This document shows positions 51,851 through 64,000 of a stretch of 64,000 nucleotides of DNA, piece by piece (position 1 is the first letter of the stretch; every line of letters starts with the position of its first letter). Made by a program: the position numbers and the translations under genes. The stretch covers positions 49,019-113,018 of the forward strand of contig MU271204.1 in the NCBI GenBank assembly GCA_021432655.1. The letters run 5' to 3'. This stretch comes from Atractiella rhizophila (lineage: Eukaryota). The notes under the pieces were generated by a model that searched no databases, was not told where the DNA came from, and saw nothing but the letters and a program-made list of their open reading frames with translations.

Positions 51851-53725
51851 TATTCAGTTGAAATTCAACATGCCTCAGTTAATTTCCTGGTCACCATCAT
51901 CGTTTGATATTTAATACTATGCATTTGCAATTCATTATACCTCTATTATCCTTATATATAAAGCACGACAGGTTTTGACCATGACTCACACATGTACTTT
52001 TGAGGCGTTATATCACCGCCCACAACAGTCCTTTCCAAATTCTGAGCATACAGCAAGAATACACATGTCAGCACCTTTCGAACAGTATACAATAAAGCCT
52101 ATTTAAAAGACAATAAATAATTGTCTTCACCACTAAGTCAAGTGACTGACTTTGCCACTTTTGGCAAAACTTTTCTTACCTACTCAAAATAATTCGCAAG
52201 GTAAAGAGTTTGCATGATGGTGTACTTGGTGTTATGTTAAGGATATAACTTTGCTTTTGGTGTTGGTTCGATTCTCTGTTTGCTCACTTTTGAAGCTGTG
52301 AGTGCCTGCATACAATTTAACAGATAATGTAGTTTCCAAGGAGCTGTTATGAGCACTCAATCACTAATTATCTCTCAGCATGTTCCCAACAGCATAGTCA
52401 GCCACTTTTTATTGAAAAACAGTGGAAACTAGATGTGGTCCCCCCGAGGAACGAGGGGCTCCCCAAACTTGTATAAGTATAGAGTGGCTGGAGTTTGATT
52501 GATCTGTATGAAGAAACGATCCAATGTCAGTCTGAGAAGGATCCGAAAGGTTGCACGATGGATGTGCCAGACAGCACTGTGGGGAGAGGATGTATCTGTA
52601 CCCACTATTTGGTTTGCTTCGACAGATGCAGCACAGGGGACTCACCTTGGTTCAGGTACAAAAAAGGAGGATCATGTCCAAGCTGTCCAAGGTCATGTCA
52701 GCTTGCTGTTCTTATGCTGAAAATTACCTGTGATTATACTTGGGCTTCATCACTGCCATTACTTGAGGTGCCGGATACTCTTTCTATCCGGTTTGCTGCA
52801 AAGAGGAAATTTATTGAGGAGTGAAAACTTGCCTTCGAGAGGGGTTACCGCCATAGGACGGAAGCACTTTCAGTTTATATTGTGTTAAAAATAATGATTA
52901 ACATTATAACGTAATGTGCTCAGCACTGCACAGAAGAGGCTGACGAATGATAACAGAGCAGAGAAAAGGTTAGAATTAGGATTTAGGATTTAAGAATAAA
53001 AGTGCCATTGACCTCAACAAAGCTCCTTGATTTCTTTGCCTTCATCTTTCAACAATTCACCATGAAGAGTAGGTGTCTCTCTGACAATGGATGAGTCTCG
53101 TATAGTATACTATCTTCCTCGTTATCATCCTCCTTAAATCCCATCAGTTCCAATGCGGGGTCTCTTGAAGGGTCATATCCGTCTCCGTCTTTATGCTGTA
53201 ATGTCGGGGCGAGGAACTCAAAAACTGGCGAGGACATATTGATTCTAACCTATTCCAATTTGTCTGTGATCTCATCTTCATGTGGGAAGACCTTTTGGAG
53301 AACCTCAATGGTTGGCTTTTTGTTTGTCCGTCTGACCACGATCACATGAACTGTCTTCCCTCGTCTAACTCACCTGCTTTCCTCTTGTTGGGACCGCTTA
53401 ACGAGCGTAAAGGATGAGGAGGATGGAAGGTGATTGCCGACTGAATTTGAGGGGTGTTGATGATATCGGGTGTCCGTCAACCGACTGACATCTCAGAGAG
53501 GTTGGGATCGCTTAACGGGCGAGAAGGACGGGATATGATGGAAAACTGCCTTTGCGGAGTGTTGATCACAGGGTGTGCCCAGTGACCGGCTGGATCCCTC
53601 AGGAAGAAGTGGTTGGATGAGGACAGGTTTAGCTGGTAATATGTTTCACTGTCCAACTTGTGAAATGGATAATAAAACAGAGTACCTGGTGAAAGAGAAG
53701 CAGCATTCTAAATGTCACTGATTTC

Positions 53726-53890
53726 TGTTGATTCCAAGGGTCGAAAGGAATGAATTACAATGAAGTTACAATGGACTTTTTATACCTTAAGGAACTCGGC
53801 AAAATGAGGGAAACGGCAAAGGGGAAAGAAAACTAGAGCCACAAATGACAGTGGCACGAATGCAGCTTAAAACGGTGCCAAACTCTGACA
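53726..53890 (-). mobile_element. Solo LTR of the Gag-only family, TSD ATTTC
   Basis: Reverse complement of the LTR; ATTTC on both sides. Confidence 0.95.
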
Positions 53891-54515
53891 ATTTCAACCT
53901 GTTCAATGAAGATGGATGCCGTCTTTCCAGCATCACGGCCTCTTCCCAGTTGGGATAACGTTTTGTCGCTGCCTAGTCTTCTTACAGTTCAGAGACCCTG
54001 TTGTCTCAAGATGACCAGTCCTATTCTGAGCTGATGGAATCTTCCTTCGAAAGAAGAGAAGAGTTCTCAGAAGAAAGCATGAATGGAATGAGGAAAAGAA
54101 GGAAGAAGGACGGACCCACAAACCCTAAGCAAAGGTGGAGGAAAGGACTGGTATAGGTGCAAGTCCTTTCCTCCTTCTTCCATCTACCCATCCACCATGC
54201 TTTCCTTCCTCATATTCTCATCCACCTAGCTTCCTCCGACATCCTCTATTCTCTGATCTGTGAGTGTGCTTCTGCAGCATGGCGAAAAGGTGTGCCTCTC
54301 TTGTTACATCTCATTCCTTTCCTCTTTGCGTGAATGTTGTACTAACAATTATCTCCCAGTATTTTCTGTTTCCACTTGCTTCTCACCTTCCGTCCACCAA
54401 CTTCCACGGCCACTGCTCTCTTGTACCCCGCCCCTCCTCATCGCATTCACTCTGTCCCACCCTTCACGCCTTCTCCCAGCAGAGTACCAGCTCATTGGAC
54501 CTTATTCAATTGTCA

Positions 54516-55730
54516 TGTCTGTGCTTTCCTCCAACATCTTCGATCCCCCTGTCGTGAAGGCACTGTGCAAGCAGGTGCTAGAGACCCACACTCGACAGAA
54601 GACTGGGAATAAGAAGGGAAACTGGCTTGTGGACTGGGAAACAATGTGGACAAGTCAATCGGTCAATGATACAGTGGAGAAATGGAAGAAAAATAAAAAT
54701 ATTATGGGAGAAGAGGGGCAACTATTCTTTGCTGCCCAAGTGTTAGAATATAGGAAAATTGTTAACCGAGTCCTTGACAAAGAGGTATGCTATTCTGTGC
54801 TTATTTTAAAGTCTCTGGGTTACAAGTGAAATGTAGATTAACCAAGGAGCCATTTCCACTGGCTTTCCCCTCTATGGACCACTTTTCATTCCTCCCACTG
54901 TCAATTATGACCACCTACGGCGAAGAAACATTTCTGACTGTCCGGAAAAATTTCTTGTTGAACCTCTCCTTGTCCTAACTCCCGAATACTTTCCCGGCTA
55001 TAATATGGAGAAATGTCCGGTCAAAGGCTGCATGGCGAAAGTTGAAAAGCAGGGGCTGACGCCAACTGGTTATTGCTCAGTTTATGGGCTATCATGCAAT
55101 TTGAAAGCAATTGGTTGTTCTCTCAAATGTCAGACTCATGGCAAATGGAGCACAACCTCTCCTAACTTTTGGAGGAACTTTCAGCCATATGAATTAGGTA
55201 TCGGCGTACTTTTTAAAATGATTTAATAAACACATGACTAAGTTGCTTGGATAGATGGAATACCTTACTTCCGGGAGTCATCGGCTATCACTCGAGAGCT
55301 GTTCAACTTTATTACAGACTTACAGCCAAAGACTGATGTTGGCAAACTGGGAGAAGCGATTCAACATGCGTAACTACTGTCTTTGCTTAAAAAAGAACAA
55401 CTTACACACTCTCTTTGTTTTGCTGAGCTACATTCGGAGCATGTCCAGCAGATTAAATGAGTTTGGCAACAGTACGCTATTGAAGAACAGATTTGTCACA
55501 AATGGCCTTCCGGCCCGTTCAAGCCAATCTTGAAGCAGTTCCCAGCTGTTCTATCCAGAGCTGCCAATCCAACTATAAAAGCCGATAGGATTAATCCATC
55601 TCCATCATCTGACCTCATCAAGACAATCTACGAACACTCTTTGAACCACTTATTTCGCTCAAATGATTTTGAGCTCCAGGAAAAAGAATGTCGTCCATGG
55701 GATCCATGGGTTGGAATGAAGGATAGATAA
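54516..55730 (+). pseudogene. Cys-rich hypothetical gene, likely transposon-associated
   Basis: Spliced ORF pieces including CPVKGC...CSLKCQTH...TTSPNFW. Confidence 0.3.
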
Positions 55731-56499
55731 TGCTGATTTTGAAAGAAGGATTTAAGGAGTCTCGCTCGAGTGCATCACATGGTACGTATTCGGAAGCGAA
55801 CTGTAAAAACAGATATTGGTCAGTGTAACCCAAATGATTTAGATAGAATGGACACAACGGCAAATGAAGGGACCTATTATTGTGACTGTGAGATATTTGT
55901 GGAGGAATATTGACTGAGGTCAAGCGCTCAACTGCTTTTAAGCATGAGAGGGCTTAATGGCTTTTGGAAAAGTGTAGGGATGCTGGCTTACTGAGTGATA
56001 TGGGGAGAGATAGTATGGATGGATTGGAGGTCTGTTATTGACTTGAATATATTTTTTAGTAATCTCATATTCATGATTCTCAAGGAAGCAGGGAGAGGGA
56101 GGGCAGCCAAGCACACACCTCAAGCTGAATACGACGACCAACGCAACACAGAAGAAGGCATCCTATCAATGACTATTGAAATGGAGAGACAACTGGATTG
56201 TAAGGACAAGAACTGTCCTCATGAAGAACCGTCACACAACCAGGGGATTGTTTCACAGAGCAATCGAGAAGAGGAGAGTCGAGATCTCGATGAAGTTCGA
56301 TCGTCAGGTAACGAAGACGGGTCTGACGGCGAGGGAGAATTAGATGACATCAATGCTAATGATAGTGAAGTGGAACTTGATACAAGAAATGGAGAGGCTG
56401 AGGGCATACGTGAGGATGGTGATTTGGGAGAAGGACCTGAACTGGGTGAAAGTGGGTGTTTACTCTGACGTGATCGAACTCTGTCAATTATTCCTATAT

Positions 56500-59273
56500 A
56501 GTGGATTCTCATCTTGCAAGAGATGTCTGGGAACATGACCACTTTATCCGAGAGCAGTTCAGCTCGTACCAATCAATAGGCTTCACCCAAACAATCTCTC
56601 TAAAAGAGGAATATCATTACGCACCTCTGATAGAAGAGGAGTTAATATCTGTCGAGCGCTACATGACTTGCCATGGTCGAGCATCAGGTGAACTCTACAA
56701 GTACCTTCGATAGCTCCATCTCAAGCGATTTCAGATGGAGACACTTACCCTTGATGCTGTCCAAAAGCTTGTCAGAGAACGAAGTCGAATTATTCCAGAA
56801 TCTTTTGACATGTGCTCTCAAACTCACATGGTATATACAGGACACTGGAAGGATGGAACTGATTGTCCCAAGGGTGGTGAATCTCGATACTTCACCCAAA
56901 CGAACCAGAGTGGCCGTTCTGTTCAAGTATCCCGGAGAAAGTACTATGTTGTCCCATTGGAAGTCCCCCTCCAAGCATGTCGGCCAACTGCCAATGGTGC
57001 AAAACTTTCGAACATTGTACTGAGCGAACCGCTCTTCTGACGGAACGCTACCCTCCGGGAACTGCAGCAGAGGAGCTGAATGATATTTACTGTGGCCACG
57101 ATTACCTTCAAGTTGTACATGACCTCAAGATCCTTCCGATAGACAGTGTATTAGCTCTCTCGCTTGATGCTGCCCAAATTTACAACACTAAAAAACCATC
57201 AGACTCTATTTTCATCATTCTGATTGATTATAACCTACCTCCAGAGGTTCGTTATAAGCAACAGTTTGTCATCCCTCTCGCCATCATACCAGGCCCAAAC
57301 CCTCCATGGAATCAGGATTCTTTCTCCTTCCGATATTTGATTGCATCAAACGTCTCCATGCAACTGGCTTTCCTCGTTTGACGGTGAACGAAAACGCTGG
57401 TTTCGATCGCGACCTTTTATAGCCCTTGGTCTTTTCGATACGCTTTGCCAGGCGGCAGTTGCAGCAGAAGTTGGACATAATGGTCGGATGGGCTGTCATA
57501 TCAATGGGTGTACATTGATTGGCGTACATCAACCTGGTGTTCCAACTACTACTTTCCTCTCACCCGCCCTACCGAGTATCAGGAGCCTCTATCGATGCGC
57601 CAAAATTGATCCTCACGACCTTCCCACAGAGACACCAGAACAATACAGTGCCCATGTTGCAGCAATTTTGCAAGCAAGGGCAAATCATCAAGTCACAGTC
57701 CAAAAGCGCCTTCAACGAGATTACGGTATCGTAGGAGAGAGTCTGTTCTCTCAAATTGAAACTATTGGTGGTGGTCCACCTTTTTGCTTCGTTATAGATG
57801 GAATGCACCATCCAAATTTCAACTTTACGGAATTGATGGTCGGGCTGTGGCGTGGCATCATATGTCCAACTGATAAAAAGTCCAAGAAGACACGCAGTGA
57901 TGGTTTGGGAAAGAGGAAGCATGGGAAGAATAATGCTGAAGTCCAAGAAATACCTGGCACGGATCGACTTCCTTGGGAAGAAATGCTTTGGGATTGCGGT
58001 GGCAGCAACACGGAGTTGAAGTTTCCAACACATGGTGTTTTCTACCAAGTGGTTGGGATAAATTTTGTTGCAACATTGATGTCAAGATCTCTGGCTATCG
58101 TGCCAAAGAGTGGGAAACCTATGGTTTAGGTCCTGGCCTTCTTCAAAGTCATCTCCCATCGCCTTACTTTCAGCACTACCTGAAAATCGTCTATTGCATG
58201 CGTGTTTTTGCGCCGGCGAAGCATTTCTCAATCTTTGCTCAATTCAGTGGAGAAGCTGATAATCGAATTTGTCGTAGAATTTGAACAGATTTACTATCAG
58301 AACTGTTGATTCCAAGGGTCGAAAGGAATAAATTACAATGAAGTTACAATGGGCTTTTTATACCTTAAGGAACTTGGCAAAATGAGGGAAACAGCAAAGG
58401 AGAAAGAAAACTAGAGCCACAAATGACAGTGGCACGAATGCAGCTTAAAAAGGTGCCAAACTCTGACAAGAACGACATCAAAAGGCTTCATTTTTGCCGT
58501 CCTTCTGTTCACAAACTACTGCACCTTTGTGAACAAACATGACGGGTGGGACCCTTCATCTACATCACACAGTGGACGTTGGAGCGCACGATTGGACTGT
58601 TAGGATCACGAATCCGTCAGCATTCAAGACCTTACGAAATCTGGCACAAGAAACAATGCGCCGAGCTCAGTGTCAGGCAATCCGCTCTATTGATGCATCC
58701 CTTGTCCTTCCTCAGACTCAATGACCTCCTCCCCACGGCCCCGCCCCTCTCGGAAATTCTTTCTGCTTCCTACGTGCTCATGAGGCGGATGTGCAACTAT
58801 CCTCTTCTGACGAGCGCTCAGCAGTCGAGGCTTATCTTTCACACTGGCACCTATCTGATGCTTGGAATGGTTGCTTTGTCAAATGGGCGAGATTGCAGCT
58901 ACCGAATAATGAGATTGTCCGCTCAAAGTGGAAAGAGGTCCAGTGGCCCTCTGAGGACGTTCGCATCAGCCGCAATGTCAAATACAAGTGGCTTACTTTC
59001 CCTGAGGTTGACCGTGCTGGACCTCCTGTCATTTCAATTGAGTACGCCGAAGTTATATATTTCCTACAACTAACAGTTAGGACTCTGTCCCACTCACTTG
59101 CGCTAATCCATTCTTACCGAGGTTATCGACGACATGACCCATTGGGAGTCCTTATAACGTGCCAGCCTGCACTTCCAGGAAACTTTGAGGTAATTAGTGT
59201 TAAACAGGTAGAGGAGTTGCGGCCATTATTCCGATGCCATGGTATGGTGATTGGTTCATTGTGGAAAGGTTGA
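56500..59273 (+). mobile_element. CACTA/EnSpm (TnpD-like) transposase pseudogene, interrupted by a solo LTR
   Basis: LSLDAAQIY...YNLPPEVRY...IIPGP, GHNGRMGC, IDGMHH, GYRAKEW, SVHKLLHL, QWTLERTIG. Confidence 0.9.
58304..58468 (-). mobile_element. Solo LTR of the Gag-only family, TSD AGAAC
   Basis: Reverse complement of the LTR; removal restores YYQN|DIKRLHFCRP. Confidence 0.95.
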
Positions 59274-59869
59274 GTGGTCCAGGAATTGAAACAGACTGAT
59301 TGTACATTCCAATGGTCTAGATTGTAATACTTTGACTCTCACTTCATCTGCAAGATTTTCCTAACTGCCAGCGACCGCTGCTCCGATCTACGTAAGCCCA
59401 ACTCAAGTACACTTAGTCCCTTGATTTTGAACATAGCCCGAATCACACTGAGCCCTTTCCTCGAAATCAGGTTTCGTGGACAGAGACATCGGGAGCAGGA
59501 GGAGGGACGGTGCAGGAGGATGGCGGTTTCGCAAAGGGGAATGCGTGCTGCTAGCGTGTCCAGCGTGGCAAGTCGGTAGGAGAAGAGAAAGGACGACACA
59601 CCTTAGAGTCACGCTCACCACTATCAAAAACTCCAATCCCAAATCTCATCTTTATAATCGAGCCCATCATCGTTTGACGCTGTGGCACTCGCAGCCGCGC
59701 GGCTCCTGCAGCGCCTCCCAGTTGTTCCCTAATAAAGCCAGAATCGTCCCAAATCGTCCAAAATCCCAAACCGAATTTGACAGGGTTTAAAGTCCAATCG
59801 ATTCCTTTTCCGACCGCCGGCCTTCTTTCCACATCAACCTCCTGCAATCTGCGGTTTGCGTGTGGAACA

Positions 59870-62284
59870 ATGTCAGCTCGCGAAGAAGCCTACGAGTTAC
59901 TTTTTCAAATACTGCAGCCTGGTGATGAAAATGTTCTTGTAGGAGAAACTTCATCTGTTGAATTTCCGTCCAACAAAACAGTGGCATCGCTGAAGAATGC
60001 CATTCGAGGGGAGTTTAGTGAAATTCTGGGTAGAGGAGAGTTTAGTTTGTGGAAGCTGGGCCCAAAGCTGTCAGACAAGGAGGAAGATCTGAAGACCATC
60101 AGGTTCCCCTGCGAAGGATTGGAAAAATTCGACCTAAAGTTGCTGCTATCGGAGCACTGGCCTAACCCCCCCCCGTCTGGACATCTACATTTTCTGATCG
60201 AGCTACTCCCACCGCCAACGTTAGGTATGGAAGCCATTCCATCAATTATTCCATCTGATTTGTTTGTTAGACTGGCGCCGTCACGACTTACTGGATCATT
60301 ACCAATCCCTGGCGAGCTTCGTGACCCGCGAGGCTGGATCATTTAAACCCTTTGATATCGTCGCAGAAAACAAGATCCTTGAGGTAAACAACTCCGAAGA
60401 CCACGACATCGTAGAGGCTTTCCGCTTAGTGAAGGTCAAGTTGGGACGACTATTCCATAACCCTCTGAACCCTGACGCGGTTACGAACGCCGTCGCTACA
60501 TCGCTGCAAAACAGTTTTTTCCTAAGAAGGTCGCCGAATCAAGACCGAAGAGCATCAGCAGCAGAGCTTCTTCATTACCATCAGGCTGCTACTTTACCTC
60601 CAAATCTGAATCGATTTTTGGATAAAAAGGAGACCTACTTTAATTGGACCTACATGATGCCTGTCGCGAGAGAGCTCTCCCAACGCCGACATGGATCACA
60701 GGAGGTGTCTGATTTCATTGCGTCCGTAAAACATATCTTGTCGTTGATTTATGTTGCTGCTGATATGCCGTATTGTTCAGTAATAAAAACTGGTCGATTC
60801 ATCTTTATCCTTACACCCCTAACGTCCCTGCCACCGCTGATTCGCCGGCAATTCCCAGGAAACAATACAAATACAAGCCTCGTAGCGACTTTCAGATTCT
60901 ACGACATGGGATCCCTCAAGTTCTCGTTGAAGTACAATCTGCCGACAACTCGGAACAAGATCGTTATCGAATGTTGCTGCAAGCTGGAGCTGTCGTTAGG
61001 GTTGTGCACCATGCGATTGGAAGAGATGTAGCGAATCTCCACGTTCTTATCGCCTACTATGTCAACAACGGGTTGGAGGCCATACAGTACTTATTGTGTA
61101 TTGACACAGACTTGGTGCGTAGATCTTCGTGGCATTTACCATATCGACTCTGACATTTCATAGGAAACCGTGAAATACTCCGAGTACAAGTTTGATCTGT
61201 GCAAGCCAGAAGAAGCCATCCAGTTTCTGCTTGAGCTATACAACTGCCCAGATGTGATCGATTCGAACGATGGCAAGATCAAACCTAAGGCAATGAAAAT
61301 CAAAGATAGCTTGGGTAAGGATGACTTCCCGTCATTCATCGGCGCCTCGACTTCGAATAAGAAACGCAAAACTACTCATGGAGGGGATGGAAACGAGAGA
61401 AGCGATGGCGGACTACTTGCGGTTCCCCATGCGGAAGCAAACCTCCGTAAATTGGGATATCAGCTGGAGTCCCGTCGAACTAAAACTGCATGGAGTCTGT
61501 TGGGAGATGTGCGTATTTACGTTTTTTTGATCGCTGTGCTGATGCGTGTAACCAGACGTTGACGCCCTCCGTTGTGGCTGCCACTGCCCGCGATGGCGCA
61601 CAGGTGATGATCAAACGAGCATGGAGCGCCAGGGAAGCTCATATCCATCAGCTCCTCGCCGGTATATCCGATGCCAAGAATCACACAATGGACGTTCGTG
61701 AGGTCTTGCGATACCAGGACTCCTCACTGCTTGTACTTCCCCGTGGGACACCTCTCCCTTCTTTATGTCTGAATCAGTCTCTGGCAATATCTTTGGCACA
61801 ACAACTTGTCGACGGCGTGGGATTCATGCATGCTCGCGGGCTTGTTCACCTGGATCTCAAGCCCAATAACCTCGTCGCCATCTCTAATGTCCTTAAGATC
61901 ATTGATTTCGGATTGTCTCGCAAAGTCGGCGACGACACCGTCTTGAAAGGATACCGAGGGACTCAATCTTGGGTGGCTCCTGAACTTGGAACAAAGGACG
62001 GACCACAGCTAGGATTTCGCCCCATCCCCGCTGATCTCTGGGCCGTTGGTCTTATCATTTCTCGTTTCTTTGGCCCATCCCTTCCTCCCGGCCACTATCT
62101 TTTTAATCTTGCGGCTCGGTTAATGTCAACTGACCCTCAATCAAGACCGCGACTGGACAAATTTAATTGGGGATCAAGGAAAAGAGCTTTGGACTCAGCC
62201 GAGCTTGGACGTAATAATTTGGGTATGCAAAGTGAAGTAGTTGAAAGTGAAAGTGCTAAACGCAGGCATCTCATTCGTTGTTAA
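59870..62284 (+). CDS. Crinkler-type (CR) protein: ubiquitin-like CR-NTD, PD-(D/E)xK nuclease, Ser/Thr kinase; 5 exons, 737 aa
   Basis: Exons 59870-60224, 60271-60721, 60781-61114, 61164-61508 and 61556-62284 splice in frame. Motifs: TVASLKNAI, SLWKL, HLHFLIELLP; PRSDF...VLVEVQS...DRYRMLLQ; VMIK, HLDLKPNN, DFG, APE. Confidence 0.85.
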
Positions 62285-62632
62285 ATTGGTCATGTGCAAG
62301 TTGTGTGGTAGCATAGCGCAAGAAGTGGTAGTCCGGACAAATAACATGTATGAATACCAGTCTTCTCAATCCCTCTTATATAAAACAAAAGATGCAGTTT
62401 ACATCGCACAGAGCACACAAACCTCCTGCACATGGCTCCCTGCAGCTTTCACGCCTTCGATTTGGCAACTACAGATCAATTGATCACTTACATTTCCTCG
62501 TACGCACACTAGGTCGTCTCATCCATCGACGGGTGTGAATTCTCCAGTCGGAGCAGCATACTGGTCCTATTGTTTGAAGAAAGAGGTGCTGGATATACGC
62601 GATGATACAATTCTGCCAAAGACAAAGGCGCC

Positions 62633-62851
62633 GTGATGAGCTGCACTTATACCCGAGCCGCCTTCTGCATTCTGTCGACTGAATGGATTGTTGAGAGCGG
62701 AAAACCCTTCTCAATCCTTCAGGACCAAAAACTTCAAGATATCATGCACATGCTTGACAATGGTGTCAACATCCATGGCCGGACGGCCGTCTCTTCAGAT
62801 GTTAAGCGATACTATGAGCTTTCAAAACAGATTGTTGTAAAGGAACTGCAG
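62633..62851 (+). mobile_element. hAT transposase fragment
   Basis: EWIVESGKPFSILQD...GRTAVSSDVKRYY. Confidence 0.7.
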
Positions 62852-62967
62852 GTCTGTTCTCTGTTCATTTTGCTTCAGGATTGGGTAGGTACTGAAGATT
62901 GTATGGGGATGGCATAGACTCATCGGGATGCACTTCACTCGACGAGGTATGTATGGACTGCTTCTAA

Positions 62968-64000
62968 TTGAACGAACCTTCTCGCATTGACCGCCAGGTA
63001 TCAATTCCTGGACATGGTTCCTACTCCTTCAAAATTCAGGGAGAGCTGTGCCACCTTATTGGCACTCTTTTACCACAACAAGAAGGGTGTGAAACATTTG
63101 CACAGGTCTACATTACAGATTCAGCTGTAGTGACTGAACGAAGAGTTGGCAACACTTCAATATCACTGAATCGTAGGACGCTTGAAGACCTTCAGGCTAT
63201 GCTCTTCCGTGTCAACCCATATCCCAGGATCTACAAATTTGCAAAGGAAAGAACGGAACAGGATCCCACTACAACACTACATCTTCGCACAGTCGCCCCA
63301 CGAGATAGGGACCCAAGACGCTACAACATTCCTGTAGCCAGTGAAGTTGCTGTAGTGAGGTAGGAGACGGTAACAGAGAAGAATATGGAGTGGCCAGAGA
63401 TATTGTCATCCAGCTCAGGGCAACCAGGACCGGTAGCAACTTACGGCATGTGAATGAGCTCAACTCAAATTATCTTCCACTTCGTTTTCCTCTTCTGTTT
63501 CCATATAGGGACCAAGGATGGCATCCGCAGATTCAGTATCGAGACCACCTGCCTGCAGATCTTCCTCCTCGCGAGCGAGAGCACTTCAATGATGATGGCA
63601 TGCAAGTTGGTAATTCTGGGGTTCGACATCGTGTCAGCCAAATGGAGTTCTATTCTTACATGTTGCATCAACGAAATGATATATTCTCACTCCCTCTCTA
63701 CGGTGGTCGGCTACTGCAAGAATTGGTAGTCGATGCTTATGCTCAAATTGAGGCGAATCGACTCCGCTATCTGCTGTTCAATCAAGTCTATTCTTCGAGC
63801 CGAGGTGTATCAAGGTCTTACGGATGCTCTTGCAGAAGGCTATTCTTTAGAAGATATCGGGAGGCGGACTATATTACCATAGTTTCACTGGCAGTCCACG
63901 TTCAATGAATCAGTTGTTCCAGGATGCAATGACTATAGTTGGTGCCAAAGGACCCCCAAATATCTTTACAACCTTCACTTGCAACCCACACTGGGCAGAG
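62968..64000 (+). mobile_element. Helitron Rep/Hel N-terminal region, degenerate, runs off the window
   Basis: FKIQGELCHLIGTLLP, RRYNIPVASEVA, YLPLRFPLLFP..DQGW, GRLLQELVVDAY, FTTFTCNPHW. Confidence 0.9.

Noticed and set aside
52131..52150. CACTAAGTCA as the 5' TIR of the CACTA element
   Set aside because: No matching inverted end was seen downstream of the transposase

Overview
Basidiomycete fungal DNA; the 5S, 5.8S and ITS sequences look Pucciniomycotina-like, possibly Atractiellales (recalled, unverified). The window covers the edge of the rDNA array and runs into a transposon-rich accessory region. Positions 1-14.6 kb hold two partial 28S copies, an IGS with a same-strand 5S, 18S, ITS1, 5.8S, ITS2 and the 5' part of 28S. 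These are interleaved with a Harbinger remnant and a duplicated non-rDNA segment. Three blocks next to N-gaps (4354-6654, 6680-7428, 18109-18707) are written reversed but not complemented. Flipped in place, each joins its flank exactly, so they are almost certainly gap-filling artefacts. They hide real sequence: part of 28S, and the patatin and P-loop regions of an NLR. The rest of the window holds two degenerate patatin-STAND-TPR NLR paralogues that both lack the patatin catalytic Asp, and a 1.4-kb Gag-only Copia-type LTR element plus three solo LTRs. It also has nested LINE, Gypsy, hAT, pogo, CACTA and Helitron relics, halogenase and UbiA-family relics, two membrane-protein genes, and one apparently intact 5-exon Crinkler-type gene (CR-NTD, PD-(D/E)xK nuclease, kinase).
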